In this document: in pieces, positions 4,330-12,628 of the stretch
Layout of the letters: every line of letters starts with the position of its first letter
Numbering within the stretch: the stretch's first letter is position 1
NCBI RefSeq assembly: GCF_008014345.1
Contig: NZ_VPFL01000012.1
Span: 1-24,000, forward strand
DNA: 24,000 bases
Origin: Pelomicrobium methylotrophicum
GTDB lineage: Bacteria; Pseudomonadota; Gammaproteobacteria; Burkholderiales; UBA6910
Direction: 5' to 3'
Made by a program: the position numbers and the translations under genes
Notes under the pieces: generated by a model
Told to the model about the DNA's origin: nothing
What the model saw: only the letters and a program-made list of their open reading frames with translations
Database searches by the model: none

Positions 4330-4692
4330 ATGAACCCGGCGCAGCTCGAATGGTTTCGGGCGAGGCTGCTTGATATGCTCAAGGCGTGCCGCGAAGAGCT
4401 TCGGGGCTTGCGGTCTGAAAAATCCGGTTTCGATTCCAGCGGCGACGAGGCCGATGCGGCGGCAGCGCGCGAGATCGACTTTCGCGACGCCGCCAAGGCG
4501 GCGCTGATCTCCGCCCGATGCGAAGAAATCGAAGCGGCTCTTCGACGAATCGATTCCGGGGAGTACGGATGGTGCGAGGAAACCGGAGAGCCGATAGGGC
4601 TTCAGAGGATGATTGCCAATCCACTGTCGCGTTTCAGCCTCGAAGCCCAGGCGCGCAGAGAAGCCATGTCGCGTTTAAGCAAAAGTCATTAA
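4330..4692 (+). CDS. DksA/TraR-family protein with degenerate zinc finger (120 aa)
   Basis: It translates ...ALRRIDSGEYGWCEETGEPIGLQRMIANPLSRFSLEAQ. This matches the DksA/TraR C-terminal signature (G.YG.C..CGe.I...RL.a.P.a..C..Cq), but only 1 of the 4 Cys is retained. The start at 4330 (after AAGGGG) is preferred over 4267. Confidence 0.7.
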   Translation: MNPAQLEWFRARLLDMLKACREELRGLRSEKSGFDSSGDEADAAAAREIDFRDAAKAALISARCEEIEAALRRIDSGEYGWCEETGEPIGLQRMIANPLSRFSLEAQARREAMSRLSKSH

Positions 4693-5006
4693 TGGGTACA
4701 CTACATTTTTATGCCCAGGAAGGGCCCCACGACGTTGCGTATGTTGCAGGGACGAAGAAAGCGCTTATCCTGTTGCGCGACGCAATCGATCGTGCGCTTT
4801 CATCTGGCCGGAGCGAATTTTGGACTTTCGCATCCGATGGCGAGGGCTACGCGGTCATCGTCCACGAAGTGTGCGACTCTCTGGCCGCGCGCCTGGCCGT
4901 TCCGTACATGCGGGACGAATACATGGAACGCAGCCGGGAAGCGATTCGCCCGTTCGATTTGGACGCCGCCAAAAGCGATCTGGCTGGAGACGATCTCCCG
5001 TTCTAG
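4692..5006 (+). CDS. Hypothetical protein (104 aa)
   Basis: TAATG overlap with the DksA-like stop. It translates MGTLHFYAQEGPHDVAYVAGTKKALILLRDAIDRAL... Confidence 0.6.
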   Translation: MGTLHFYAQEGPHDVAYVAGTKKALILLRDAIDRALSSGRSEFWTFASDGEGYAVIVHEVCDSLAARLAVPYMRDEYMERSREAIRPFDLDAAKSDLAGDDLPF

Positions 5007-5082
5007 TTCCTGGCGCCGCAGGCGGCCAGCCTGGCATGAGCCGGCACCGTCCGCTGCTTTTTCTTGAAGACGGGAAAGGCAA

Positions 5083-5346
5083 TCAGCCTTCGTGGTGTTT
5101 GACCGCGTTGCCGTGATGCGCCTTCGCCTTCTGGCGCATCGATTCATGACATTGCTTGAGCGCAGAGACGTCCTCGGCCTTCTCCACGCAGGCCCGGTGC
5201 TCCCGCAGCATCGCCTCCCGGCGGTCGATCCTCTCCAGCGCCCTCGCCTTCATCTGCTGAAAGTCCGGGCCCCCGGGCGCTTTCCCGTCCGCGGCAAAAG
5301 CGCCGAGGGAGAAGACAAGGCCCGCCATCGCAACGAAAAGACGCAT
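5083..5346 (-). CDS. Secreted small helical protein with His-rich C-terminus
   Basis: ATG at 5346 follows AAGGAG. The signal peptide is MRLFVAMAGLVFSLGAFAADG. The C-terminus reads KAKAHHGNAVKHHEG. Confidence 0.6.
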   Translation of the reverse strand: MRLFVAMAGLVFSLGAFAADGKAPGGPDFQQMKARALERIDRREAMLREHRACVEKAEDVSALKQCHESMRQKAKAHHGNAVKHHEG

Positions 5347-5440
5347 CGCCCGCTCCTTCGCATTCAAGGTTGAAAAAAGACGCCGATTTGGACCCCAGAT
5401 CGACCATCGACCGCATCGGTTCCAGGAACGGCATTCGCGC

Positions 5441-5647
5441 TCAGTTGGGCGGCAATCTCCACTTCCATCGCCCAGCGGGCACTTTCATGCTGATCCTCCC
5501 TTTCCCATGGATCTCCACATAGATTTCCAGCTCCCCGGACGGAAGCGCCCTCGCCCTTTCGTCCGGAATGTCAGCCGGATTCACGCCGCGCAGGCAAGCC
5601 GCTGCCCGGCGCCCGCCTTCCGAAACCTCGATTCTTTCTTCGTCCAT
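5441..5647 (-). CDS. Hypothetical small protein (68 aa)
   Basis: ATG at 5645-5647 lies 6 nt after AAGGAG. It translates MDEERIEVSEGGRRAAACLRGVNPADIPDE... Confidence 0.4.
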   Translation of the reverse strand: MDEERIEVSEGGRRAAACLRGVNPADIPDERARALPSGELEIYVEIHGKGRISMKVPAGRWKWRLPPN

Positions 5648-5771
5648 CACTCTCTCCTTCAGGCCGATCGATCAATTCTACCGGTTCCATTAAAATACCG
5701 GCCTGGCGCGGCAAGCTTGCCGCCGCGCCATTCTGAGCTTTCGGACGTCCCAGCTTCGGCCATTGGGAGGC

Positions 5772-6359
5772 TCAAAAAAGCGCGTCCTCCGGCCGTCCGA
5801 GGGCTCGAAGCACGCGCTCCACATCAATGTTGACATCGATCGCCCGAAGCATGCCCTTGATTGATTCCATTGCGATCAGAAGCGCGCCATTTTCATCGAT
5901 GACGCGCCTCCTCACGAGGACGTGCCGAAGTCCAGCCCGCGCCCCCGGCGATCGGCACGCAATCTTTCTCGCGTCGCGGCACTCCAGAATCGCCATGATT
6001 CCTATCGCCCCCGACATCGGTTGGCAGTCCCAAAACGAAAAGTCTTCCCCAAGCAGAGCACTGCTTCGCTCCGGCGTGAGCGCGCCGTTACGCGCGAGAA
6101 GCAGCCACCGTGCGCATCGGACTATGATCTCTCCGGCGAGCCGCGCATCAGTCAGCACGACTGGATCCCAGCGCTCGTCGTCCACGAAACGCACCAGCCT
6201 GGACCGCCTACGCAGCCTTCGTGTCAGCTCTTCCCCTATCACGCCAAGCATTTCGGCATATGCGTTCTCGTCCTGATTGGACAAGCGGTATGGCATCCGC
6301 CAGGCTGGATTCTGCATTTTCAGCCGTCTTTCCATGTCGACACGATATTCTTCGTCCAT
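5772..6359 (-). CDS. Hypothetical protein (195 aa)
   Basis: ATG is preceded by GAGGAGACTTGAA. It is a long ORF with a non-repetitive composition. I recognise no family. Confidence 0.6.
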   Translation of the reverse strand: MDEEYRVDMERRLKMQNPAWRMPYRLSNQDENAYAEMLGVIGEELTRRLRRRSRLVRFVDDERWDPVVLTDARLAGEIIVRCARWLLLARNGALTPERSSALLGEDFSFWDCQPMSGAIGIMAILECRDARKIACRSPGARAGLRHVLVRRRVIDENGALLIAMESIKGMLRAIDVNIDVERVLRALGRPEDALF

Positions 6360-6995
6360 TTCAAGTCTCCTCGATTTGTCGGTCCGTTATGTCGGCACCT
6401 GTATATATGTCGACGAGGAAATCCATGGACCCCGGCTTTCTTGCCGTGCGTTCGGCTGGCGGCCTCCCGCGCCTGGCCTGATGCGTCCTCCGTTGCGATT
6501 GCCGGCGGATGACGGCTTCTTGCCGACCATGGCGCCTTAATCAAAAGACGCCCGTCCACCTCATGCCCCGCCCTTCGTGGCATATGATGGCCGTCCGCGG
6601 GCCCGCAGACCAATGGTTCCCTGGACGATGCGCATGCAACGGAGTCCGCGGTTTGCCGGGCATCCCACCTGGCGCCTCTTTGGGAGATGACGCCCAAAGA
6701 TGCCCAAGAACGACTCAAGATCGACTTGGCGCTCTTCAACAAGAAACGGCGGCCGGCTGGCTCCTCTTCTCTACAACGCCCAGCGCCCCAACCATCGCCT
6801 GGGGCAACAAGCGCCCCTACAATTCCTCCTCCAACATCAACCCCGGCGCCAGAGGTGCTGGACTCATATCTTCAGCCCAAAGAGGATGTTAGTTGAAAGA
6901 TTTCCAGATCGGCCTCCATTGGCTAAAACCCAGGCTTGCATGCAGCGCGGTTTATGATGTAATGGCGCAGACTGAGGTTTCATCGTCGGCGCGGC

Positions 6996-7381
6996 ATGGA
7001 AATAAAGGAAACCCGAAAAAAAGACGGAACCCGCGAATGGAGGTTTTGCGGCAAACTCCACCGCGTGGACGGCCCGGCTGTTGAAAAGGCCGATGGCACG
7101 AGGGAGTGGTGGCGGGAAGGCAAGTTGCACCGCAAACACGAGCCTGCAGTAGAAAGCCTGATGGGACTAAAGAATGGTGGAGGCATGGCAAGCTGCACCG
7201 CATTCTCGCTCCGTCAGTAGAGCGTCCGGATGGCACGAAAGAATGGTGGCGGTTTGGCAAGCGCCATCGGGAGGATGGGCCGGCTGTAGAAAAGGCCGAC
7301 GGCACGAAGGAATGGTGGGTCGATGGACGGAGGCTCGATCCGATCGAATTCATAGCGTTGCGTTGCACCGGCCCTTCCTGA
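6996..7381 (+). pseudogene. MORN-repeat protein, frameshifted
   Basis: There are five 23-aa repeats (DGT[RK]EWW..GKLHR.DGPAVEKA). Reading switches from the frame of 6996 to the frame of 7157 at 7152-7159. The sequence there is GAAAGCCTGAT, where the paralogous repeat junctions read GAAAAGGCCGAT, so it is one base short. The first frame stops at 7218-7220. Confidence 0.7.
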
Positions 7382-7513
7382 CGGCCGGCCGGAGACCTCG
7401 GCGACGGCCGCCATCCGCGCCCGCAAAAGGAGACGGTTGGACGTGCAGAGCATGGAGCATGGAGGCCGCCTTCGAATCCGTTTGAGCGACTGGCCGTTTT
7501 CGTCTAATATTAT

Positions 7514-7525
7514 GTGAACGTTCAC
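7514..7525. promoter_or_regulatory. Perfect 12-bp palindrome GTGAACGTTCAC between a TAATAT -10-like box and the methyltransferase start
   Basis: GTGAAC|GTTCAC is at 7514-7525, TAATAT at 7505-7510 and the ATG at 7536. This position fits an operator. Assigning it as one is inference. Confidence 0.4.
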
Positions 7526-7535
7526 GAAGAAAAAC

Positions 7536-8555
7536 ATGGACGACACAGCAGTTCTACGCCAGAGAAAACGCCTGGAGCGGTTGGCGAAAAGAGGAATAAA
7601 GCGCAGCACTGTCATGGTGCACGATGCCTGTCGCTCTGCGCTGGATGCGCTTCGACCCCACTATATCGATCCATCAAGTGCGCAGGCTCTGCAAAGAGCC
7701 GCCGTAATCGTAAAGAGCGAGACGAGGCTCGTTAACGTAGCGCAGGTCAGGCAACTAAGTCCTTTCCGTTACCCTGGCGGAAAGACATGGCTCGTGCCAG
7801 AGGTAAAAACGTGGTTGCGATCGTTGCCCCGGCGACCGTCGATTTTTCTGGAACCATTTGCTGGAGGCGCGATCGTCGGTCTGACGGTGGCCGCAGAAAG
7901 CATGGCCGGCAAGGTCATACTGTGCGAGCTTGATGATTCAGTTGCAGCTGTCTGGAAAACGCTGATTCACGGAACCGACACGGACGCGAATTGGCTATGT
8001 GATCGGATCCTCAAATTCGAGGTCACGGAAGACAACGTGCGATCATTGCTTGAAAAAAAAGTCAAAAGCGACAGGGAAAGGGCTTTTCAGACCATCGTTC
8101 GAAACCGCATGCAGCGCGGCGGCATCCTGGCTCCAGGCGCTTCTCTGATGAAGTCTGGCGAGAACGGAAGGGGCCTGGGATCGAGGTGGTATCCGGAAAC
8201 GTTGGTTTCCAGAATCAAGGCTATTCGGAACATCAGACACAGAATTGAGTTCCGACACCAGGACGCCTTTGATCTTATCAAAGAATACACTGCCAAGAAC
8301 GATGTCGCCTGGTTTGTGGATCCTCCTTACACGGCCGGCGGAAAGCGAGCTGGAGCGCGCCTCTATACACACACGCAGATAGATCACGACAGACTGTTTC
8401 GGGAGATGTCCTGCACAAAAGGAGATGTATTGATGACTTATGATGATGCGCCCGAAGTCGCGCATCTTGCGGAACGATATGGAATGGGCATTAGAAAAGT
8501 GCCTATGAAAAGCACGCACCACGCGATCATGTACGAACTTCTTTTATCAAAATAG
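7536..8555 (+). CDS. N6-adenine DNA methyltransferase, Dam/D12 class, with ~75-aa N-terminal extension
   Basis: Motifs present: FRYPGGK, EPFAGGA and VDPPYT, in the order typical of Dam-like (alpha group) m6A methyltransferases. The region has lower GC than its flanks. Confidence 0.9.
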   Translation: MDDTAVLRQRKRLERLAKRGIKRSTVMVHDACRSALDALRPHYIDPSSAQALQRAAVIVKSETRLVNVAQVRQLSPFRYPGGKTWLVPEVKTWLRSLPRRPSIFLEPFAGGAIVGLTVAAESMAGKVILCELDDSVAAVWKTLIHGTDTDANWLCDRILKFEVTEDNVRSLLEKKVKSDRERAFQTIVRNRMQRGGILAPGASLMKSGENGRGLGSRWYPETLVSRIKAIRNIRHRIEFRHQDAFDLIKEYTAKNDVAWFVDPPYTAGGKRAGARLYTHTQIDHDRLFREMSCTKGDVLMTYDDAPEVAHLAERYGMGIRKVPMKSTHHAIMYELLLSK

Positions 8556-9506
8556 TTTGATGACCTTCTTACGCTTATTTGAGGCTTTTTCTATCAAGTC
8601 GTTTAGTTGAGACGTGAATCGGTTGGCCGGAATGGGAAGCGCAGCTTCAACGGCTTTGACGGAGCTGATTAGAGTTGTGTAATGCTCATTTACTACCTTT
8701 GCACACTCTCCAGGCCGAAGATCAACAACGAACCAAACTATTTGTGACAAAGCGAGCTTCTCAAGGCGCAGTTCTTCGTCGTTCATGCCGTCGCAGTTTA
8801 CGCTGACCTCCTCGAGTTCAGCCATTTGGCTGCGAACGTATGTATCCACGATGACGGCCAGGTATTTGCCACTGCCCAAGTATGGCGCTTTCAACATCAA
8901 TTGGGGTGACAAACGTTTCGGAACCGAGCTGCGATAATCCGGCCTTCGCCGCGCAACAGGCATTGTCAGTTCTCCGCCGGCTGAGATAATGGCATCGAAT
9001 TCTATTTTCATGTTGCGTCCAGAAAAATAGACGGACTGCGTTTCGACAGCGCACCATCTCTTACGATCAATGTTGTCGACGAGCACAAAGTCGAGGCGCC
9101 CTGCCTTTGCGCCGATGAATTGACTATTTGCCGCCGCATTCTGAAGAAAAGGGACCTCGCGCACCAAATAGACCTCGTCAGAGCCAAGGATGGCTTTCCC
9201 TATGCGCTTGAAAACCTCTGGCTCAAGCAGTCTCGAAGGGCAGAGAGAAACAATGTCTTGCGAAACATTTGGCAGATTGTCGTCAGTCGACTGTGTATAT
9301 AGCGCGATGCTGCATACCCCTCCGTTTTTATTGCACATCATGGGCCTGCCAAACAGTCTCGTGCGATATGGGCATTCGAGATTTGCAACTTTATGCGTTA
9401 GTTTTGCTTTATGAGCGAATTCAAGGCGGTCATTGGCGGTCATGGAGACAATTGGCCTGCCGAACCACTCCGAGATTCCATACTTTATGGCAACCATTTC
9501 TTGCAT
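8547..9506 (-). CDS. Type II restriction endonuclease, NotI-family-like
   Basis: It is convergent with the methyltransferase and overlaps it by 9 nt. The N-terminus reads SEWFG ... CPYRTRLFGRPMMCNKNGGVCSI ... LCPSR, and later ETQSVYFSG. From memory this resembles the NotI Cys cluster and the E.Q...F.G core. It shares the low-GC island. Confidence 0.7.
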   Translation of the reverse strand: MQEMVAIKYGISEWFGRPIVSMTANDRLEFAHKAKLTHKVANLECPYRTRLFGRPMMCNKNGGVCSIALYTQSTDDNLPNVSQDIVSLCPSRLLEPEVFKRIGKAILGSDEVYLVREVPFLQNAAANSQFIGAKAGRLDFVLVDNIDRKRWCAVETQSVYFSGRNMKIEFDAIISAGGELTMPVARRRPDYRSSVPKRLSPQLMLKAPYLGSGKYLAVIVDTYVRSQMAELEEVSVNCDGMNDEELRLEKLALSQIVWFVVDLRPGECAKVVNEHYTTLISSVKAVEAALPIPANRFTSQLNDLIEKASNKRKKVIKLF

Positions 9507-9955
9507 AGTAGGAATATATTGTTTTTTCTAAAGAATTTTTTGTTGGAACGATTCTACAGAACGAGGAAGTGCGCTCATAATGCCACGTTTTTGCGAAACT
9601 CGGGATCGATTCGGCTGCCCATCGTTCAGTTCAACCGTAGCCATCGATTCGTACCGAAAGGATTGTGCAGTCCCTTTTCTGCCGATTCCGTGGCGCCTGG
9701 AATGACGGGGTTTACGGGTCGAGACAGAAACAGCCCTTGAACTTACTCCTCGCGCCACTCGGCCATCCAGGCAGAGATGAGCCGGAGGCAGTCATCGTGT
9801 CCGGGAAAACGCTCCGCCAAGCCGGGCCGATCACGGCGCTCATACGGCATGTTCACCTCGAATGCGGAGGTGCGCTTCCCTGGCGTCATGGCGCGACGCA
9901 AACGCAGTTTGAGGAGCGGTGCGGACTTAGGCGGTTGTGATGTCCTGGAGCGACC

Positions 9956-11188
9956 ATGCGGATTCTGAACCGCCGCCATCTCGTCTCCCCCTGGCCGGCG
10001 CACGCGGTCTGGGTAGGCCGTCCGACGCCGCTGGGGAATCCTTTCGTCATCGGCCGGGACGGCTCGCGCGAGGAGGTGATCGCGCGCTACCGCGAGTGGC
10101 TCGAGGCCAGGATCCGGGAGCGCGACCCGGCGGTGCTGACCGCGATGGCGGGTCTGCGCGAAGACTCTTCTCTGGTGTGCGCCTGCGCCCCCGAGCCCTG
10201 CCATGCGGAAGCGATCCGGGAAGCCTGGATGAAGCATTTCAGGGACGGAATCGTGGTGCGTCCGGCCTACCATGAGGATGGCTCCATACCCCTCGACGGC
10301 GAAGTGTTCGTGTTCGGCTCGAACCTGGCCGGCCGGCATGGGGCGGGGGCGGCGGCGGAAGCCTTCGACCGTTTCGGCGCGCGCCGGGGCGTGGGCGAGG
10401 GCTACATGGGCGAGCCGCCCCGGCACTGTTACGCCATCCCGACCAAGGACGAGCGGCTTGCCGTCCTGTCGCTGGACAAAATCGCCGCGGCGGTCGGGCG
10501 GTTTGTTGAGTTCGCGGCCTCGCGCCCCGAACTGCGCTTCTTCGTCACCCGCGTCGGCTGCGGCCTGGCGGGGTACCGGGACGAGCAAATCGCGCCGCTT
10601 TTCGCTGGCGCGCCGCTTGCCCGGTGCAGCTTTCCCCGGCCGTGGCGCAGGTATTTGGAGCCGCGCTCGATGGCCTACGCCGGCGGCGGCGCTCGCCACG
10701 CCCCGCTTCCCGTCCTGCGCAGGATGACCCGCATCGCGCAGCGGCTGGAGGCGCGCGGCTACGTGCTGCGGACCGGCGGCGGCAACGACACGGACAGCGC
10801 CTTCGAGGCCGGGTGCGCGAAGAAGGAAGTGTTTCTGCCCTGGCCCGGCTTCAACGGACGCACTTCGGCCTTCGATTCGGTGTCCGAGGAGGCGCTGGCG
10901 GTGGCGAGCGCGGCGCACCCGGCGTTTCGCAGGCTCACGGCGGAGGCGCGGCTGCTGGCGGGGCGGGAAAGCCACCGCATCCTGGGGGCGGACCTGCGCA
11001 CGCCGGCCGATTTTCTCGTCTGCTGGACGCCGGACGGCGCGCAATCGGAGGCGGAGATCGGGCGGGAGACGGGAGAGGCCGCGTTGGCCATCGCGCTCGC
11101 CGACCGCTGGGCGGTCCCCGTGTTCAACCTCGCCCGGGCGGACGCGCTGGAGCGGCTGGCGGCGCTTTTGGATGTTGCTGCAGGATGA
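9956..11188 (+). CDS. Three-domain fusion: DUF4326 + A1S_2505-like phage domain + SLOG/DprA-like Rossmann domain (410 aa)
   Basis: aa 1-95: VWVGRPTPLGNPF...ARYREWL...LVCACAPEPCHAE (DUF4326 pattern). aa ~105-235: VFVFGSNLAGRHGAGAAAEA...YAIPTKD...VTRVGCGLAGYRDEQIAPLF (A1S_2505-like). aa ~240-410: GYVLRTGGGNDTDSAFEAG...FLPWPGFNG...VCWTPDG (DprA/SLOG-like). GGAG lies 6 nt upstream of the ATG. Confidence 0.8.
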   Translation: MRILNRRHLVSPWPAHAVWVGRPTPLGNPFVIGRDGSREEVIARYREWLEARIRERDPAVLTAMAGLREDSSLVCACAPEPCHAEAIREAWMKHFRDGIVVRPAYHEDGSIPLDGEVFVFGSNLAGRHGAGAAAEAFDRFGARRGVGEGYMGEPPRHCYAIPTKDERLAVLSLDKIAAAVGRFVEFAASRPELRFFVTRVGCGLAGYRDEQIAPLFAGAPLARCSFPRPWRRYLEPRSMAYAGGGARHAPLPVLRRMTRIAQRLEARGYVLRTGGGNDTDSAFEAGCAKKEVFLPWPGFNGRTSAFDSVSEEALAVASAAHPAFRRLTAEARLLAGRESHRILGADLRTPADFLVCWTPDGAQSEAEIGRETGEAALAIALADRWAVPVFNLARADALERLAALLDVAAG

Positions 11189-11203
11189 GGCTCAGTATAG
11201 GCG

Positions 11204-11740
11204 ATGGAGATCAGGCCGAATGCGATCCTTACGCGCCGGGTAAGGGGCCTCTATGGCCCGTCAGGCGCCTTGTTTCTCGTCCTTTCGCTGCTTTCGGCGC
11301 CTTTGAGCCTCGTGCTGGACGGCCCGAAGATGCTCGCGCCAGGCGCCGCCGTAGGCCTCCTTATGCTGGGGTGCGGCCTGTGGGCAAGGGCCTACAGCGG
11401 CGGCATTCCGGAATGCATGACGCTGGAAGGCGACAGGCTCAGAATCGTCTGGCCGGACGGGAAAATCGATCTCCTTCCGCTCGATGACCTCATGATTGGA
11501 AAGCGCGGCCTGCTGGCCGGATCCCGCTGGGTGGCTTTCTACGCGAAGTTTCGCGGCAGACCCTATGAGCCGCTGTACGACGCGCAAGCCCTCGGGCCGC
11601 TTTTTCTTCGGGCGCCGGAAGCGGGCGCCGTGGAATTCTTTCTGGAGGGCTTGAAGCGCGGCGCGCTCATGTGCTGGGGGCAAGCGCTCATCTGGACGGG
11701 CGCGGCCGCCGCCATCGCGGCCCGGATGGCCATCCTCTAG
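11204..11740 (+). CDS. Membrane protein (2 N-terminal TM segments, beta-rich middle, C-terminal hydrophobic tail)
   Basis: Hydrophobic segments are ALFLVLSLLSAPLSLVL, AAVGLLMLGCGLWA and a C-terminal ALIWTGAAAAIAARMAIL. It starts 16 nt after the fusion gene. The SD is weak and the start is uncertain. Confidence 0.5.
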   Translation: MEIRPNAILTRRVRGLYGPSGALFLVLSLLSAPLSLVLDGPKMLAPGAAVGLLMLGCGLWARAYSGGIPECMTLEGDRLRIVWPDGKIDLLPLDDLMIGKRGLLAGSRWVAFYAKFRGRPYEPLYDAQALGPLFLRAPEAGAVEFFLEGLKRGALMCWGQALIWTGAAAAIAARMAIL

Positions 11741-11927
11741 TCCCGCCGGGAAGAGATCGTTTTTTCAGGGCCTCCCTCTCCATCTCCTCGGCGCGCTCGG
11801 CGCTGGCGCGGGCAAAGACTGCGTCGACGGTCAGCGCGTAGCCGGCGTCCACGAGCCGGGCGGCGCCCCAGCGATCGAGGGCCTTGCGCGCACGGTGGAC
11901 GGCTGACCTGGCTCCTGGATGAGACAT
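11688..11927 (-). CDS. Hypothetical small protein, last gene of the nuclease-SRAP operon (uncertain)
   Basis: ATG lies 13 nt after the SRAP stop. It translates MSHPGARSAVHRARKALDRWGAARLVDAGYALTVDAVF... The C-terminal part is low complexity and overlaps the 3' end of 11204-11740. Confidence 0.3.
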   Translation of the reverse strand: MSHPGARSAVHRARKALDRWGAARLVDAGYALTVDAVFARASAERAEEMEREALKKRSLPGGTRGWPSGPRWRRPRPSR

Positions 11928-11940
11928 GATGCGCTCCAGT

Positions 11941-12627
11941 CTACATCGAAGCGGGCGCCAAGAGCTCAGGCGCGTCGTTCCGGGGGCTATTGACCTTCGG
12001 GCTCACGGGGTAGGCCTCAAGCTGTTCCGGCGGGCAGGGCGCGAGGAGCGGACGCAGCGCCTCGGGCTCCTGAATGCCCGGATCGAGCCAGAAGTCGTAG
12101 TCGCCGGGGGCGAGGATCACGGGCATCCGGTCATGGATCGGCTTGACCAGCGCATTGGCTTCGGTCGTCAGGATGCAGCAGGTGTCAATGATCTCGCCCT
12201 CGGGCGACACCCAGCACTCGGCAAGCCCCGCAAAGCCAAACAGTTCATCGTCCTTGTGCGGACGAATGAAAAATGGCTGCTTCAGGGTGCGTCCGCTCTC
12301 GACGACGATCTTCCACTCATAGAAACCGCTGGCCGGGAGGATGCACCGACTTCGACGCAACGCCGCCCGAAAGGCGGGTTTCGCGACCACTGTCTCCGCG
12401 CGGGCATTGATGAGTTTCGAACCGATGGAAGGGTCCTTGGCCCACCGAGGGATCAGCCCCCAACGGCAGAGGCCGGCACGCCGCCGGCCATCCGAGTCTT
12501 CCCGAACGACCAGCACGTGCGTCCCCGGCGCAATGTTGTACCGTGGCTCGAGATCGAGCTCATCCTCGAGCCGGAAGTGTTCGCGGATGCGTCTGCCCGG
12601 GGCGTACAGGGCGTAACGTCCACACAT
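11941..12627 (-). CDS. SOS-response-associated peptidase (SRAP/YedK/HMCES family)
   Basis: N-terminal MCGRY with the catalytic Cys2, then ...YNIAPG...RWGLIP.WAKD...INARAET...FYEW...TTEAN...HDRMPVIL, the canonical SRAP motifs. Confidence 0.9.
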   Translation of the reverse strand: MCGRYALYAPGRRIREHFRLEDELDLEPRYNIAPGTHVLVVREDSDGRRRAGLCRWGLIPRWAKDPSIGSKLINARAETVVAKPAFRAALRRSRCILPASGFYEWKIVVESGRTLKQPFFIRPHKDDELFGFAGLAECWVSPEGEIIDTCCILTTEANALVKPIHDRMPVILAPGDYDFWLDPGIQEPEALRPLLAPCPPEQLEAYPVSPKVNSPRNDAPELLAPASM

Positions 12628-12628
12628 C

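Noticed and set aside
9743-11044. 433-aa ORF on the minus strand
   Set aside because: It is antisense to the well-supported DUF4326/SLOG fusion gene. Its translation is Arg/Pro/Ala-rich low complexity, which is typical of shadow ORFs in GC-rich DNA. Only its extreme 3' part (about 9743-9889, ...MPYERRDRPGLAERFPGHDDCLRLISAWMAEWREE) lies outside the plus gene, and I could not support it as a gene.
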